A stretch of DNA of 64,000 nt from an uncultured Chloroflexia bacterium. Lineage in GTDB: Bacteria; Chloroflexota; Anaerolineae; Fen-1058. The position numbers and the translations under genes were made by a program. The DNA lies in assembly GCA_963844815.1 (NCBI GenBank), contig CAWJPR010000001.1, positions 8,096-72,095 of the forward strand, read 5' to 3'. The notes under the pieces were generated by a model. That model was not told the DNA's origin. It saw only the letters and a program-made list of their open reading frames with translations, and did no database searches. Positions 32,444 through 43,951 of the stretch are shown here, piece after piece; position 1 is the stretch's first letter; each line of letters begins with the position of its first letter.

Positions 32444-34507
32444 ATGAACCTGTTGCGGACTTTCTTGACTGGCCCTGCCGGCACGGGCAAGACTACCGAG
32501 GCCGTGGAATACCTGCGCGGGCTGCTGCAATCAGGCCGCCAGGCCGAGGGCATACTCGTCATCGCCCCACAGCGCAGCCTGCTGCAGCCCTATCAGGATG
32601 TGGTGCGCGGGGCGGATTTACCCGGCGGCGAGGAGATCGAGACGCTCACGATCGGCGGCCTGGCCAGGCGATCGGTCGACCTGCTGTGGCCCGCCATCGC
32701 GGGTGAAGCGGGCTTCACCCGCCCCAATCGACCTCCGACCTTCCTGACGCTGGAAACGGCGCAATACTACATGGAGCGCGTCGTGCAGCCTTTCATCGCC
32801 GAGCGCTACTACTTTGAAGAAGTCCGCCTGCCGCACGCGCGCATCTACAGCCAGCTGCTCGACAATCTCAATAAGGCGGCGCTGGTCGGATTTCCTTACG
32901 GCGAGGTCGGCCAGCGTTTGATTCGCGCCTGGGCCGGTCCGCCGCAGCAGACCACCACCTTTGCGCAGGTGCAGGATTGTCTCAACCGTTTTCGCGCTTA
33001 CTGCCTGGAGCACAACCTGCTGGACTTCTCCTTGCAGATTGAATTGTTCCGCGGCCTGCTGCAGCACGCCTGGTTTCGCGACAAACTCTACGGGCGTTAT
33101 CGGCACTTGATTGTGGACAACGTGGAAGAAGACACGCCCCTGGCGCACGAGCTGCTGCGCGAATGGATCCCGCAGGCCGCCTCGGCGCTGATCGTGTACG
33201 ACACGGACGCCGGGTACCGCTCGTTTCTGGGCGCCGACGCCCGATCGGGCGAGACGCTCCGCTCGGTGTGTGACGAAGTCGTCGAGCGGCGTGAATCGCG
33301 CGTAATGTCGCCTGCCGTGCAGTCACTTGAAGCGATGGTGACGCATGTGTTGGCGGATGGTGATAGCGATCTGCCTATGCGAACCGGCGACCTGCACCCG
33401 GCGCTGGTGTATGGCGGCGGCCGCTTTCATCCCCAGATGCTCGATTGGGTGGCGCAGCACATCACCGAACTGATCCAGCGCCAGCAAGTTTCGCCGCATG
33501 CGATCGTGGTTCTCGCGCCGTTCCTGAGCGATGCCCTGCGCTTCGCGCTGGCCGATCGCCTGCAGCGCCAGGGCATTCCCACACGCTCGCTCCGGCCTTC
33601 GCGCTCGTTGAATGAAGAAGTCGTGACACGCGGACTGCTGACGCTGGCCGCGCTGGCGCATCCCCGGTGGCAAATCGTGCCGCCGCAAGCCGATGTGGCC
33701 CAGGCCATCATCCTCTCGATCGATCAGCTGGATCCCGCGCGCGGACATCTCGTCGCCGAGCGGTTATATCACGCCCGCAGCGGCGACGCCGAGATCCGCG
33801 CTTTCGACAATCTCAGGCCGGAGCTGCAGGATCGCATCGGGTTCGAGACCGGCGCCAGGCTCGATCGCCTGCGGTCGTGGCTGCAAGACTACGCGCAGGC
33901 TGAGACGCCGCCGCCGCTCGACGTCTTCTTCGCGCGGCTGTTCGGCGAAGTGCTCTCGCAGCCCGGCTACGGGTTTCATCGCCAGATCGATCCGGGCCGC
34001 ATCACGGCGCAGCTCGTCGAATCGGCGCGCAAGTTCCGCCAGACCGTGAATCCCGATCCGTATGCTGCGACGCTCGATCCGAGCGTGGGACGCGACTACA
34101 CGCGCATGGTGAGCGAGGGCGTCGTCGCCGCCACGTATGTCGAGAGCCCCTACGCCGAAAAGGCGGAGGCGGTGCTGCTGGCGCCGGCCTATACCTTCCT
34201 GCTGAGCAACGAATCGGTGGGCTATCAGTTCTGGCTGAACGCGGGCAGCCCCGCCTGGTGGGAGCGGCTCTACCAGCCACTGACGCATCCCTACGTGTTG
34301 AGCCGCCAGTGGCCGCCGGAGAAGAAGTGGGGCGACGAGGACGAAGTCGCGGCGCGCCGGGCCGCCCTGCTGCGCCTGGTGCGCGGCTTGCTGCGGCGGT
34401 GCGGCACGCAGGTCTACCTTGCCATCAGCACGCTGAATGAGCAAGGCTTTGAAGAGCGCGGGCCGCTGTTGACGCTGACACAGCAGGTGCTGCGCGAGGC
34501 CGCGTAG
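32444..34507 (+). CDS. P-loop NTPase, UvrD/Rep-like SF1 helicase-family protein with atypical motifs
   Basis: Walker A LTGPAGTGKT; LIVDNVEED (motif II-like); AGYRSF (motif III-like). 687 aa. Confidence 0.5.
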   Translation: MNLLRTFLTGPAGTGKTTEAVEYLRGLLQSGRQAEGILVIAPQRSLLQPYQDVVRGADLPGGEEIETLTIGGLARRSVDLLWPAIAGEAGFTRPNRPPTFLTLETAQYYMERVVQPFIAERYYFEEVRLPHARIYSQLLDNLNKAALVGFPYGEVGQRLIRAWAGPPQQTTTFAQVQDCLNRFRAYCLEHNLLDFSLQIELFRGLLQHAWFRDKLYGRYRHLIVDNVEEDTPLAHELLREWIPQAASALIVYDTDAGYRSFLGADARSGETLRSVCDEVVERRESRVMSPAVQSLEAMVTHVLADGDSDLPMRTGDLHPALVYGGGRFHPQMLDWVAQHITELIQRQQVSPHAIVVLAPFLSDALRFALADRLQRQGIPTRSLRPSRSLNEEVVTRGLLTLAALAHPRWQIVPPQADVAQAIILSIDQLDPARGHLVAERLYHARSGDAEIRAFDNLRPELQDRIGFETGARLDRLRSWLQDYAQAETPPPLDVFFARLFGEVLSQPGYGFHRQIDPGRITAQLVESARKFRQTVNPDPYAATLDPSVGRDYTRMVSEGVVAATYVESPYAEKAEAVLLAPAYTFLLSNESVGYQFWLNAGSPAWWERLYQPLTHPYVLSRQWPPEKKWGDEDEVAARRAALLRLVRGLLRRCGTQVYLAISTLNEQGFEERGPLLTLTQQVLREAA

Positions 34508-34647
34508 GCCAATCGCCCCTCGCGGCATTGCCCATTTTGCGGTAAGATTGCCCTGTCGTTCGACACACCGACGAGCACTCGAAGCATCACGGAGCAACTC
34601 GCCATCCGGGTTGTTCCGTTTCTCGTCCACCGCCCTGCCCTGATATC

Positions 34648-36398
34648 ATGCAATCCGAATTCGCCATTCAACTGAAGTGGGCGCCCACGCGCCGCGATGA
34701 TGCCACGCGCTGGATCCTGGCGCACGTGCTGCGCAACAAAATCTGGATCGTGATCATGGTCGTCGGCGCGATCGGCAATGCGGCCGGCGCGGCGCTGGTA
34801 CCGATCTTCATCGGGCAAGCGTTCAACGCGGTCGTCAACACGCCGATCGACTACGACCTCATCGGCTGGGCCGCCCTCGGCATCGTCGTGTCGCAGGTCG
34901 TGCGCGCCGTCTTGCAGCTGGGCCGCAATTTTGGCAGCGAGGTCATCGGGCAGCGGCTGGAGCGCGACACGCGCCACGAACTGTACGCCAGCCTGATCGG
35001 CAAGAGCATGACGTTTCACGATCAGCAGTCCGTGGGCGAAGTGATGGCGCGCGCCACCAACGACGTGCGCGAGATCAACCTGATGCTCAACCCGGGCGTC
35101 AATCTGGTCGTCGGCTCGTTCATGTTTCTGGTAATGCCCATCCTCATCGCGCCGCGCATTTTCCGGCGCTGATCATCACACCGCTGGCCTTTCTGGTATT
35201 GTATTTCATCTCGCTGCAGCGCTATCTGCACGAGTTGAAACCGGCCACCGAATCAGTGCGCAGGCAGTTCGGGAACATGAACGCCACGCTGGCCGAAAAC
35301 ATCGAGGGCATTGAAACGGTCAAGGGAGCCGCGCAGGAGGATCAAGCGATCGAGCGTTTCGAGAGCGGCGCGCGCGCTTATCGTGATGCCTTTGTGCGGC
35401 AGGGCTACATCGAATCGCGGTTCATGCCCCTGCTCTGGCAGGGCCTGGCCTCCGCCGTGGCGCTGGCGCATTCGCTGCTGTTGTACAACCAGGGGCAGAT
35501 CGACGTGGGGCAAGTGGTGGCCTACAACCAACTGATCCTGCTCTTTGGTTTTCCCACGTTCACTTCGGCCTTCGCCTATCCGCAAATCGCCTCCGGCCTG
35601 ACCAGCGCGCGCCGCATCCTGGCGCTGATCAACGCCGAGACGAATCTGGACGAAAACACCGCCGGTTACGCCGGGCGGATGCGCGGCGCGATCCAGTTCG
35701 ATCGCGCGACGCTGCAATATCGATCGGAAGCGCCGGTGCTGGAAGACGTGTCGTTCGAAGTTCAACCTGGCCAGACGGTGGCGCTGGTGGGCCAGACCGG
35801 CTCAGGCAAGACCAGCATCGTCAAGCTGCTCAATCGGATTTACGACGCTGCCGGAGGCCGCGTCTTGATCGACGGCGTGGACGTGCGCGACTGGCAGCTG
35901 GCCGCGCTGCGCTCGCAGATTTCCATCATCGAGCAGGACCTGTTCCTGTTCTCGCGCACGGTGGCGGAGAACATCAAGTTCGGCCATCCCGAGGCGACGC
36001 AGGCACAGGTGGAGGCGGCGGCTAAAGCCGCGCAGGCGCACGACTTCATCTTGAATTTTGCCGACGGCTACAACGCCGTCGTCGGCGAGCGCGGCGTGAC
36101 GTTGTCCGGCGGCCAGCGGCAGCGCCTGGCGCTGGCCCGGGCGCTGCTCACCGATCCCAAGATCCTGATCCTCGACGACGCGACCAGCGCCATCGACAGC
36201 GCCACCGAAGATCAGATTCAGCAGGCGATCTACAACGCCGCGCAGGGACGCACCACCATTCTGATCACCCATCGCCTCTCGCAAATTCGCTGGGCGGATG
36301 TGATCGTCGTGATGAAGCAGGGCCGCGTGGCGGCCATTGGCACGCACGAGGAATTGCTCGAAAAATCTGCCGCCTATCAGCGCATCTTTGCCAGATAG
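34648..36398 (+). CDS. ABC transporter, fused permease/ATP-binding (exporter type), apparent frameshift near 35155
   Basis: TMD ORF 34648..35172 continues as 35199..36398 (Walker [25 protein letters not shown], Walker [13 protein letters not shown]). Confidence 0.7.
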
Positions 36399-36403
36399 GC
36401 AGC

Positions 36404-36480
36404 TGACGAGTGACGAGTGAAAAGTGACGAGTGAAGAGTCCATCACGCGTTACGCATGACTCATTACTCATTACGGAGTT
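36404..36480. repeat. Heptanucleotide-periodic array between the two ABC genes
   Basis: tgacgag tgacgag tgaaaag tgacgag tgaagag ... ctcatta ctcatta. Confidence 0.6.
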
Positions 36481-36483
36481 TCC

Positions 36484-38325
36484 ATGGGCATGTTTGGCGG
36501 CCTCAATGCCGAGGCTTATGACCGCAGCTATTCCGATCGGGTATTGCTGGCCCGCATCTTCCATTACTTCGGCGCGTTCCGCACCCGCATGATTGCGCTG
36601 GCGGCTGTCACCATCTTCATGGCGATCCTCGGCGCGCTCAATCCGCTGCTGGTGTCGAGCGGCGTGCAATCGATGATGCAGGCTCACGCCGACTGGTATC
36701 TGGTCGGGCTGGTGCTGGTGGTGCTGATCGTCGGCGTGCTGACCTGGGTGGTCAACCTGGTGCGCCGGCGCCTGACGGCGATTGTCACCGGCGATGTCGT
36801 GCTGGCGCTGCGCAGCGATGCGTTCAATGCCTCGGTCAAACACGATCTGTCGTTCTACGACGAGTTCCAGACCGGCAAGATCGTCAGCCGCATCACCTCG
36901 GACACGCAGGAATTCGCGCAGATGGTGACGCTGGTCACCGACGTGATCAGCCAGGTCTTGACCGTGCTGATCCTGCTGCCGATCCTGTTGGCGATCGAAT
37001 GGCGCTTGACGCTGGCGATGCTGGCGATGACGCCGGTGGCGTACTTTACGGCCAGCGCCTTTCGCTCACTGGCGCGGCGCGCCACGCGGCAGGGTTTCCG
37101 CGCCATGGGCGAGGTCAACGCCGCCATTCAGGAAGCGGTGACGGGCATCAGCATTGCCAAGAATTTCCGGCAGGAAGCGGCGCTGTATCAACGCTTCATC
37201 GACATCAACGACATCTCCTATCGCGTGAATCTGCGGCGCGGCTTTGTGCTGGCGAATGTCTTTCCCGTGCTTAACGCTTTAACGGGCGTGGGCACGGCCA
37301 TGCTGGTGTATTTTGGCGGGCTGGCGGCGGCCTCGGGCGACATCTCGATCGGCGCGTGGTATTTGTTCGTCGCCAGCGTCGATCGGTTCTGGTTCCCCGT
37401 CATCAACATCGCCGCGTTCTGGAGCCAATTCCAGGCCGGCCTGTCGGCGGCTGAGCGCGTGTTTGCGTTGATCGACGCCGAGCCGGTGGTGCGCCAGATC
37501 GATCCGCGCCCGGCCCCCGTGCTGCGCGGCGCGATCACCTTCGACCGCGTCAACTTCCGCTATTCAGCACAGGAAGCCGTGCTGAACGATTTTTCGCTGC
37601 GCATCCGCGCGGGCGAGACGCTGGCGCTGGTGGGCCACACGGGCGCGGGCAAGAGCAGCCTCGCCAAGCTCATCGCGCGCTTCTACGAATTTCAGGGCGG
37701 CGCGATCCTGATCGACGGGCAGGACATCCGCGCGTTCGATCTGAACAGTTACCGCAAGCAGCTGGGCGTCGTCTCGCAGACGCCGTTCCTGTTTGCCGGC
37801 ACGGTGGCCGACAACATCCGTTACGCCAACGCCGAGATCGGCGATCGGGAGATCGAAGAGATCGCGCGGCAGGTCGGCGGCGGCGAATGGCTGGACGTGC
37901 TGCCGAACGGCCTGCTCACCGAAGTCGGCCAGCGCGGCTCACGGCTCTCGATGGGTCAGCGCCAGCTCGTCGCGTTGATGCGCGTGCTGGCGCAGCGCCC
38001 GGCCATCTTCATTCTCGACGAAGCGACCGCCTCGATCGATCCCTTCACCGAAAGCCAGATCAAAGAGGCGCTCGATCTGATCCTGGCCAAGAGCACCTCG
38101 ATCCTGATCGCGCACCGCCTCTCGACGGTCAAGACCGCCGATCGGATCATCGTGCTGAAGCAGGGCCGGATCATCGAAGAAGGCCATCACGATCAATTGA
38201 TGCAGCAGGGCGGTCACTACGCCGAGCTGTACAACACCTACTTCCGGCATCAATCGCTGGAGTTTATCGACACACAGCCTGGCCTCAAGTTTCCGCGGTC
38301 ATCCCCGGAACCCCGCGCCAGCTGA
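36484..38325 (+). CDS. ABC transporter, fused permease/ATP-binding (likely heterodimer partner)
   Basis: 613 aa; 6-TM domain; Walker A GHTGAGKSS, signature LSMGQRQLVALMRVL, Walker B IFILDEATASID. Confidence 0.85.
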   Translation: MGMFGGLNAEAYDRSYSDRVLLARIFHYFGAFRTRMIALAAVTIFMAILGALNPLLVSSGVQSMMQAHADWYLVGLVLVVLIVGVLTWVVNLVRRRLTAIVTGDVVLALRSDAFNASVKHDLSFYDEFQTGKIVSRITSDTQEFAQMVTLVTDVISQVLTVLILLPILLAIEWRLTLAMLAMTPVAYFTASAFRSLARRATRQGFRAMGEVNAAIQEAVTGISIAKNFRQEAALYQRFIDINDISYRVNLRRGFVLANVFPVLNALTGVGTAMLVYFGGLAAASGDISIGAWYLFVASVDRFWFPVINIAAFWSQFQAGLSAAERVFALIDAEPVVRQIDPRPAPVLRGAITFDRVNFRYSAQEAVLNDFSLRIRAGETLALVGHTGAGKSSLAKLIARFYEFQGGAILIDGQDIRAFDLNSYRKQLGVVSQTPFLFAGTVADNIRYANAEIGDREIEEIARQVGGGEWLDVLPNGLLTEVGQRGSRLSMGQRQLVALMRVLAQRPAIFILDEATASIDPFTESQIKEALDLILAKSTSILIAHRLSTVKTADRIIVLKQGRIIEEGHHDQLMQQGGHYAELYNTYFRHQSLEFIDTQPGLKFPRSSPEPRAS

Positions 38326-38449
38326 GAGCGGCATGCCAAATCTTGTGTAAATTCGTTCGCCCGCAGTTTAACTGCGGGGAAACTACACAATCTTCGGAAC
38401 ACTGCGCATCTGAGGCGGTTTCTACCTGGACTATGGCGCGTGATAGGGT

Positions 38450-39474
38450 TTACTTCAGCACGAACAGGGCGGGCAGGCCGCCAGTGTGGAGAAAGATGAT
38501 CGGCTCATTGCGCCCCAACTGCCTGCGCTCCACCAGATCGATCAGTCCCGCGAATGCTTTGCTGGTATAGACCGGATCGAGGATGACGCCTTCTGACTTC
38601 GCCAGACGGTGGATTGCCGCAAGGCCCTGCTCGCTTGGCACCGCGTAACGTGATCCGACGTAGGTATTCTCAATCAATGGAATCTCGGCGGGCATGAAAG
38701 TATGCGGTTGATTCAACCGCGCGCATATTTCACTCGCCAGGCGCGCGATTGAGATCGGGAAGTCTTTCCACAAGCGTCCCACGTCGATCCCCAGCGGGCA
38801 CAGTGACGAGCCAATCAAATGCAGCCCGGCGATCAGCCTGCCAGTGTGCCGCCCGATCCGGCGGCCATCACGATGTGGGCCTTGTCAATCCCCAGAGCGC
38901 GGGCCTGCTCGTCGAGTTCGAGCGCGGCGCGCACGTAGCCCAGACCGCCGCGCCACGAATGCCCGCCCACGGGAATGAAATAGTGCGGCCCGATTCGCAG
39001 CCAGGCAATAAAGCGCACCAGGCGAATCGTCGTCTCAAGCGTCATACGCGCGTCGCCACCTCCGCCGAAGGGGATGAAGTGCATCTCCGCGCCGAACAAT
39101 TCGTTGAGAAACAGATTGCCTTCCAGCCGCGGCGGCCTGCGCTCGAAATAGAAGAGATGCGGCTCCAGCCCGATTTGACGCGCGGCGGCCGCCGTGATAC
39201 GCGCATGATTCGATTGCAGCCCGCCAAACGTCGCCACTTTGCGCGCGCCGCGCTGCTGCGCCCGCTGCTGCGCCTCGGCCAGCAAATACTCCAACTTGCG
39301 CGTCTTGTTGCCACCCCCGCCAGGGCCGATCTCGTCGTCGCGCTTGAGGTAGATGGGGCGCTGCAGCTGCTCGCTCAGATGCGGCAGGAACTGCAGCGGC
39401 GTTGGATATTCCGCCAACGGCAGGCGTGGATAGCGATCGAGTTGGGTATACAGCCAGTCACGCTTGTTATCCAT
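38450..39474 (-). CDS. PLP-dependent ACC deaminase / D-cysteine desulfhydrase family protein, apparent frameshift near 38825
   Basis: ORFs 38833..39474 (GGNKTRKLEYLL...) and 38450..38818 (...FLHTGGLPALF) are in different frames and together match a ~335-aa family member. Confidence 0.65.
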
Positions 39475-39549
39475 GCTTGATTGTTCGGCAGGAGTGGCAT
39501 GGGGATGCCAGCCCTACTGCATCACACGCAAGGCATAGGAATGTCCCGC

Positions 39550-40860
39550 CTATGGCGCCAGATGTTTGGCCAGCCGTTTCGCCAGACCGATGATCGTCAG
39601 CACCGTGGGCCGATCGAGCGCTTCGGGGAAGACGCTGGCATCACACACATACAGGCCCCGCGCTTCCGTCTGCAAGTCCTGATTGACCATCGTTCCGAGC
39701 CGCACCGTGCCGCTGGGATGCGTGCCGCGCAGCGGCGTCATGAAGATCGACGATCGATCCGCTCCAGCCTCGATCAGGATCCTGCGGCACATCTCTTCGG
39801 CCTGAGCCAGGCGCGCTCGATCGCCGGCCGTCAGCGGCTTGCTGATCTTGCCGTCGGGAAAGACACCGCCTGAGATTTCATCCTTGAGTTTGATCATCAC
39901 GCCGAGGATATGATTCCAGCGCGGCCACGTCAACGCATACTTCAAGTCCTTCAACGAATTAATCAGCGGATAGAGCAGCCACGGATCCAGCAGCGTGCTG
40001 AGCATGTAGCCTTCGTCGTCGTTCTCCCACGACCACGTCATGGGCGGCTCGTGGCCGATGCCGCGCTCTTTCACGAAGCCGTACATCATCACCGTCGTGT
40101 CCATCGTCATGCCGCGGCCGGCTTCGCGAAAGCCCGAGGCTTGCAGGATGCGCGGCGAACCGATCCCGCCTGCGGCCAGCACGACGGTTTCAGCGCGAGC
40201 GGTGAAGGGCGCGCGCCCGATCGTGCCTTCCACCCCGACGGCCTGCCCATCTTCGATCAAGATGCGCCGCGCGTGGGCGCGCGTGCGCAGATCGGCCCCG
40301 GCAGCCACCGCCTCGTCGACGTATTCGGCCGCGCTCCATTTCGCGCCGCAGCGACAACCGAGCATGCACTTCGCGCCGCAGTCGAACGGATGCGCGCGAG
40401 CCGGTTTCATGAATTTCAGCTGGGGCTGCCAGGCGTAGCCCAGCGCCTGTGCGGCTTGCGCGATGCGCGTGGAAGCCTCGCCGCGCAGTTCGGCGGGCAG
40501 CGGCGCAATCTCCAACTCGTCGATCACTTCCGAGACTTCGGCGTCGATGTCCACCCCGTATTTGCCCTGGAGCCAGACGGGCGGCGGCGCGGCGCAGCCG
40601 CAGTACATGCTCGTCGCGCCGCCCACCAGCAGAGGGCGCACGATGTTCAGGCCTTCCTGTGTGAACAGCAGGCTGAGCCGATCCGAGTAGATCATCGCGC
40701 CCGGATAGGTGCCATAATAGAAGCGCGAACGCTGATCGATCCCGCGCTCCAGCAGCAGCACCCGTTTGCCGCGCCGCGCCAACTCACGGCTCACGGTGGC
40801 GCCGCCGGGCCCGGAACCGACGACGATGACATCCGCCTGCAGAGTAAGAGGGGCCGGCAT
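39550..40860 (-). CDS. FAD-dependent (GMC-like) oxidoreductase
   Basis: ADVIVVGSGPGGATVSRELARRGKRVLLLERG dinucleotide fold; start at the internal Met with RBS aaggag. Confidence 0.6.
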   Translation of the reverse strand: MPAPLTLQADVIVVGSGPGGATVSRELARRGKRVLLLERGIDQRSRFYYGTYPGAMIYSDRLSLLFTQEGLNIVRPLLVGGATSMYCGCAAPPPVWLQGKYGVDIDAEVSEVIDELEIAPLPAELRGEASTRIAQAAQALGYAWQPQLKFMKPARAHPFDCGAKCMLGCRCGAKWSAAEYVDEAVAAGADLRTRAHARRILIEDGQAVGVEGTIGRAPFTARAETVVLAAGGIGSPRILQASGFREAGRGMTMDTTVMMYGFVKERGIGHEPPMTWSWENDDEGYMLSTLLDPWLLYPLINSLKDLKYALTWPRWNHILGVMIKLKDEISGGVFPDGKISKPLTAGDRARLAQAEEMCRRILIEAGADRSSIFMTPLRGTHPSGTVRLGTMVNQDLQTEARGLYVCDASVFPEALDRPTVLTIIGLAKRLAKHLAP

Positions 40861-40999
40861 GTACGCGCTCCTTAACGAGAAGGATAGACAAACAGTATGA
40901 CCCATATTCCATTTTCAGGCAACCGAGATCAGTCTGAGCGTGGATTCACTTTGGGGCAAGTTAAGCATTCCGCCTGGCGCACCCGTTTCGCGGACAGGC

Positions 41000-41110
41000 G
41001 TGAGCGAACGCAGTGGAGTCACACTTGCACCTGCGCGCACCGCGGTGCAGTGCAGGTGAGGATGCGCCACGGCTAAGCAAGCGTTCTTCGACTGTGCTAC
41101 GCTCCGCTCG
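41000..41110. repeat. Copy of the dispersed palindromic repeat family (CACTTGCACCTGCGC...GCAGTGCAGGTG; ...CGCTCCGCTCGGAATGC)
   Basis: Matches the elements at 28420-28795 and 54589-54706. Confidence 0.55.
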
Positions 41111-41310
41111 GAATGCTTGCTCAGCCAAGTCTGCTCCCAGATTGAAATGCACCGCAGTCTGAGGTCGTTCTCCCGTAACCAGTTTCAAACCGTAGAACAG
41201 CATCCCCAAATCAATCCCCCTGCCCGGGCCTGATATGAAGCCGGGCTTTTGCATAACAGGCGGCTCTGGTATACTCCCGGCTAGAGACCTCGCATTGACA
41301 AGGAGACTCG

Positions 41311-42168
41311 ATGATCCCACTTGCTCCCTTTGGCCGCACCGGACATTTGAGCACACGCGCCATCTTCGGCGCCGCCGCATTCTGGAGCACACCCCAAAAA
41401 GAGGCCGATGCCGTGCTGGACGTGCTCCTGGAATACGGCATCAACCACATCGACACGGCCGCCAGCTACGGCGAGGCCGAAAAACGACTGGGCCCGTGGA
41501 TGCCGCGCTACCGCGAACGCTTCTTCCTGGCAACCAAAACCGAGGAGCGCACCCGGCAAGGCGCGCGCGAATCGCTGCACCGTTCACTCGACCGGCTGCA
41601 GACCGATCACGTCGATCTCTTTCAGATTCACAATCTGAGCGACCCGCAGGAATGGGAAATCGCGCTCGGGCCGGGCGGCGCGCTGGAGGCATTCGTTGAG
41701 GCGCGCGAGCAGGGACTGACGCGCTTCATCGGCATTACGGGTCATGGCGTGAACATCGCCGGGCTGCATCGCCAGGCGCTGGCGCGCTTCGATTTTGATA
41801 CGGTGCTCCTGCCATACAGTTACATTCTGATGCAGAATCCGCGCTACGCCGCCGAGGTGGAGGCGCTGCTGCAAGTTTGCCGCGAACGCAACGTCGCCGT
41901 GCAGACGATCAAAGGCATCACGCGCGCGCCGTGGCATGATCGCCCGCACACGGCCAACACCTGGTACGAGCCGCTGACCGAACAGGCCAGCATCGACAAA
42001 GCGGTGCACTGGGTGCTCGGCAATCCGGTCGCCTTTCTCAATACTGCCGCTGAGATCTCCCTGCTGCCTAAAGTCTTCGACGCGGTCCGCCGCTTCACGG
42101 CGCGGCCCACAGAGGAAGAGATGCAGACCTTGCTCCGTGAGCAAGCGCTGGAGCCGTTGTTTGCCTGA
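41311..42168 (+). CDS. Aldo/keto reductase family oxidoreductase
   Basis: 285 aa; [20 protein letters not shown], and other AKR blocks. Confidence 0.85.
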   Translation: MIPLAPFGRTGHLSTRAIFGAAAFWSTPQKEADAVLDVLLEYGINHIDTAASYGEAEKRLGPWMPRYRERFFLATKTEERTRQGARESLHRSLDRLQTDHVDLFQIHNLSDPQEWEIALGPGGALEAFVEAREQGLTRFIGITGHGVNIAGLHRQALARFDFDTVLLPYSYILMQNPRYAAEVEALLQVCRERNVAVQTIKGITRAPWHDRPHTANTWYEPLTEQASIDKAVHWVLGNPVAFLNTAAEISLLPKVFDAVRRFTARPTEEEMQTLLREQALEPLFA

Positions 42169-42209
42169 CGATTCATTTTTTCTCTTGCCGGCGCCGACCG
42201 CGCCAGTCT

Positions 42210-42237
42210 TTGACTTATCAAAAAATTAGTCTATACT
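42210..42237 (+). promoter_or_regulatory. Sigma70-type promoter, consensus -35 TTGACT / 16 nt / -10 TATACT
   Basis: tcTTGACTtatcaaaaaattagtcTATACTgctc, ~95 nt upstream of the yegP-like gene. Confidence 0.5.
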
Positions 42238-42336
42238 GCTCAATGGAAAGCGGTCTCGCTGAACAGGAAGTCATTCTGGATCAAACAAGCGTGCATGTCG
42301 CGCTGGTTAATACTCAATCTTTTTTGGAGGCCCCGC

Positions 42337-42672
42337 ATGGCAGGTAAGTTCGAACTCAAGAAGAGCGATAGTGGTAAGTTCATGTTCAACCTCAAGGCTG
42401 GGAACGGGAAGGTCATTATGACCAGCCAGTTGTACCGCACCAAAGCCGCCGCCCTGGCCGGAATTGAATCGGTTAAACAGCACGCCACCGCCGATGCCAA
42501 TTTCGAGCGTAAGACCTCGACCGCAGGCCAACCCTACTTCGTGCTGAAGGCAGTCAACAAGCAGGTCGTCGGCAGCAGTGAAATGTACAGCTCCACTGCG
42601 GCCAGAGAAAATGGAATCGCCTCCGTCAAAGCGCATGCGCCGGACGCCGCCGTGGTCGATTTAACAGCATAA
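42337..42672 (+). CDS. YegP/DUF1508 (UPF0339) family protein, two tandem DUF1508 repeats
   Basis: MAGKFELKKSDSGKFMFNLKAGNGKVIMTSQLY... then PYFVLKAVNKQVVGSSEMY...; RBS ggagg. Confidence 0.7.
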   Translation: MAGKFELKKSDSGKFMFNLKAGNGKVIMTSQLYRTKAAALAGIESVKQHATADANFERKTSTAGQPYFVLKAVNKQVVGSSEMYSSTAARENGIASVKAHAPDAAVVDLTA

Positions 42673-42805
42673 AAACGCAGTTCCAAAACTGGATAAGTGG
42701 CCGTAAATTGAAGCGATTGGCCGCAGCGCGCAGCCAGCCGGCAGTGGTTTGCGCGCCGCGGCCAATCGGAAGCCGGGTGACCGTTGTGTATCGATTCGCG
42801 GATCA

Positions 42806-43951
42806 TCAGTACTGCGGCAGACTCGGATCGATCTCCCGTGCCCAGGCATTAATGCCACCCCGCAAGCTCTTCACCCGGAAACCCGCCGACTTCATCAGGC
42901 GTGCCGCCTCCAGCGAACGCACTCCGCTCTTGCAGTGCAGCACGTACTCCTTCGTCGCATCGAACTCTTTCAGGTGATCAGGCAGTTCGCCTTTGGGGAT
43001 CAACCGCGTAAAATCCAGGTGCGAGATATCCCACTCGTGCGGCTCGCGCACATCGATCACGACGAGGCCCCGGCCGTCATTATCCAGGCGCGCCTTCAAA
43101 TCCTTGACCGTGATCTCCAGCCCCTGCTCGGCTTCCACTTCGTGCGGCACGACGCCGCAGAATTGATCGTAATCGATCAGGTGATCGATCGTCGGATGAT
43201 CGGAACAGATCACGCAGTCGGGATTCTTGCGCAGTTTCAGCGTCGTGAAACTCATCTCGAGCGCATCGTACAGCAGCAGCCGCCCGATCAGCGGCTCGCC
43301 CTGCCCGATGATCAACTTCACCACTTCGGTCGCTTGAATCGTGCCGATGACACCGGGCAGCACGCCCAGCACTCCGCCCTCCGCGCACGAGGGCACCAGC
43401 CCCGGCGGCGGCGGCTCCGGGAACAGGCAGCGATAGCACGGCCCTTCTTTCGCGTAAAACACCGAGGCCTGTCCCTCAAAGCGGAAGATACTGCCATATA
43501 CGTTAGGCTTGCCCAGCAGCACGCAGGCATCGTTGGTCAAATAGCGCGTCTGGAAATTGTCCGTGCCGTCGGCCACGATGTCATAGTGCGGCACGATATC
43601 CATGGCGTTAGCCGAGGTCAACGGCTCTTCGTAGCCCGAAATCTCGATGAGCGGATTCAGATCGAGCAGGCGCTGTTTGGCCGATTCGAGTTTGGACTTA
43701 CCCAGCACCGATGTGCCGTGGATGATTTGCCGCTGCAAGTTGCTTTCGTCGACGACGTCGAATTCCACCAGGCCGATGTGCCCCACGCCCGCGGCGGCCA
43801 GATACAGCGTCAGCGGCGATCCCAATCCGCCCGCGCCCACGCACAACACGCTGGCCTCTTTCAACTTGCGCTGGCCGTCCATGCCCACTTCCGGCATGAT
43901 CAAGTGGCGGCTGTAACGCCGGATCTCTTCGTGACTTAACTGGGTTGCCAT
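42806..43951 (-). CDS. moeZ: Adenylyltransferase/sulfurtransferase MoeZ (ThiF/MoeB E1-like + rhodanese domain)
   Basis: GAGGLGSP nucleotide loop; CxxC pairs; C-terminal rhodanese with active-site Cys (HCKSGVRS). Confidence 0.85.
   Translation of the reverse strand: MATQLSHEEIRRYSRHLIMPEVGMDGQRKLKEASVLCVGAGGLGSPLTLYLAAAGVGHIGLVEFDVVDESNLQRQIIHGTSVLGKSKLESAKQRLLDLNPLIEISGYEEPLTSANAMDIVPHYDIVADGTDNFQTRYLTNDACVLLGKPNVYGSIFRFEGQASVFYAKEGPCYRCLFPEPPPPGLVPSCAEGGVLGVLPGVIGTIQATEVVKLIIGQGEPLIGRLLLYDALEMSFTTLKLRKNPDCVICSDHPTIDHLIDYDQFCGVVPHEVEAEQGLEITVKDLKARLDNDGRGLVVIDVREPHEWDISHLDFTRLIPKGELPDHLKEFDATKEYVLHCKSGVRSLEAARLMKSAGFRVKSLRGGINAWAREIDPSLPQY

Noticed and set aside
34414-35019. 201-aa minus-strand ORF overlapping the ABC transporter TMD
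   Set aside because: Antisense to a gene with clear ABC motifs. Arg/Asp-rich low-complexity sequence.
40961-41392. 143-aa minus-strand ORF
   Set aside because: Spans the dispersed repeat element and the start of the aldo/keto reductase gene in antisense. No support.
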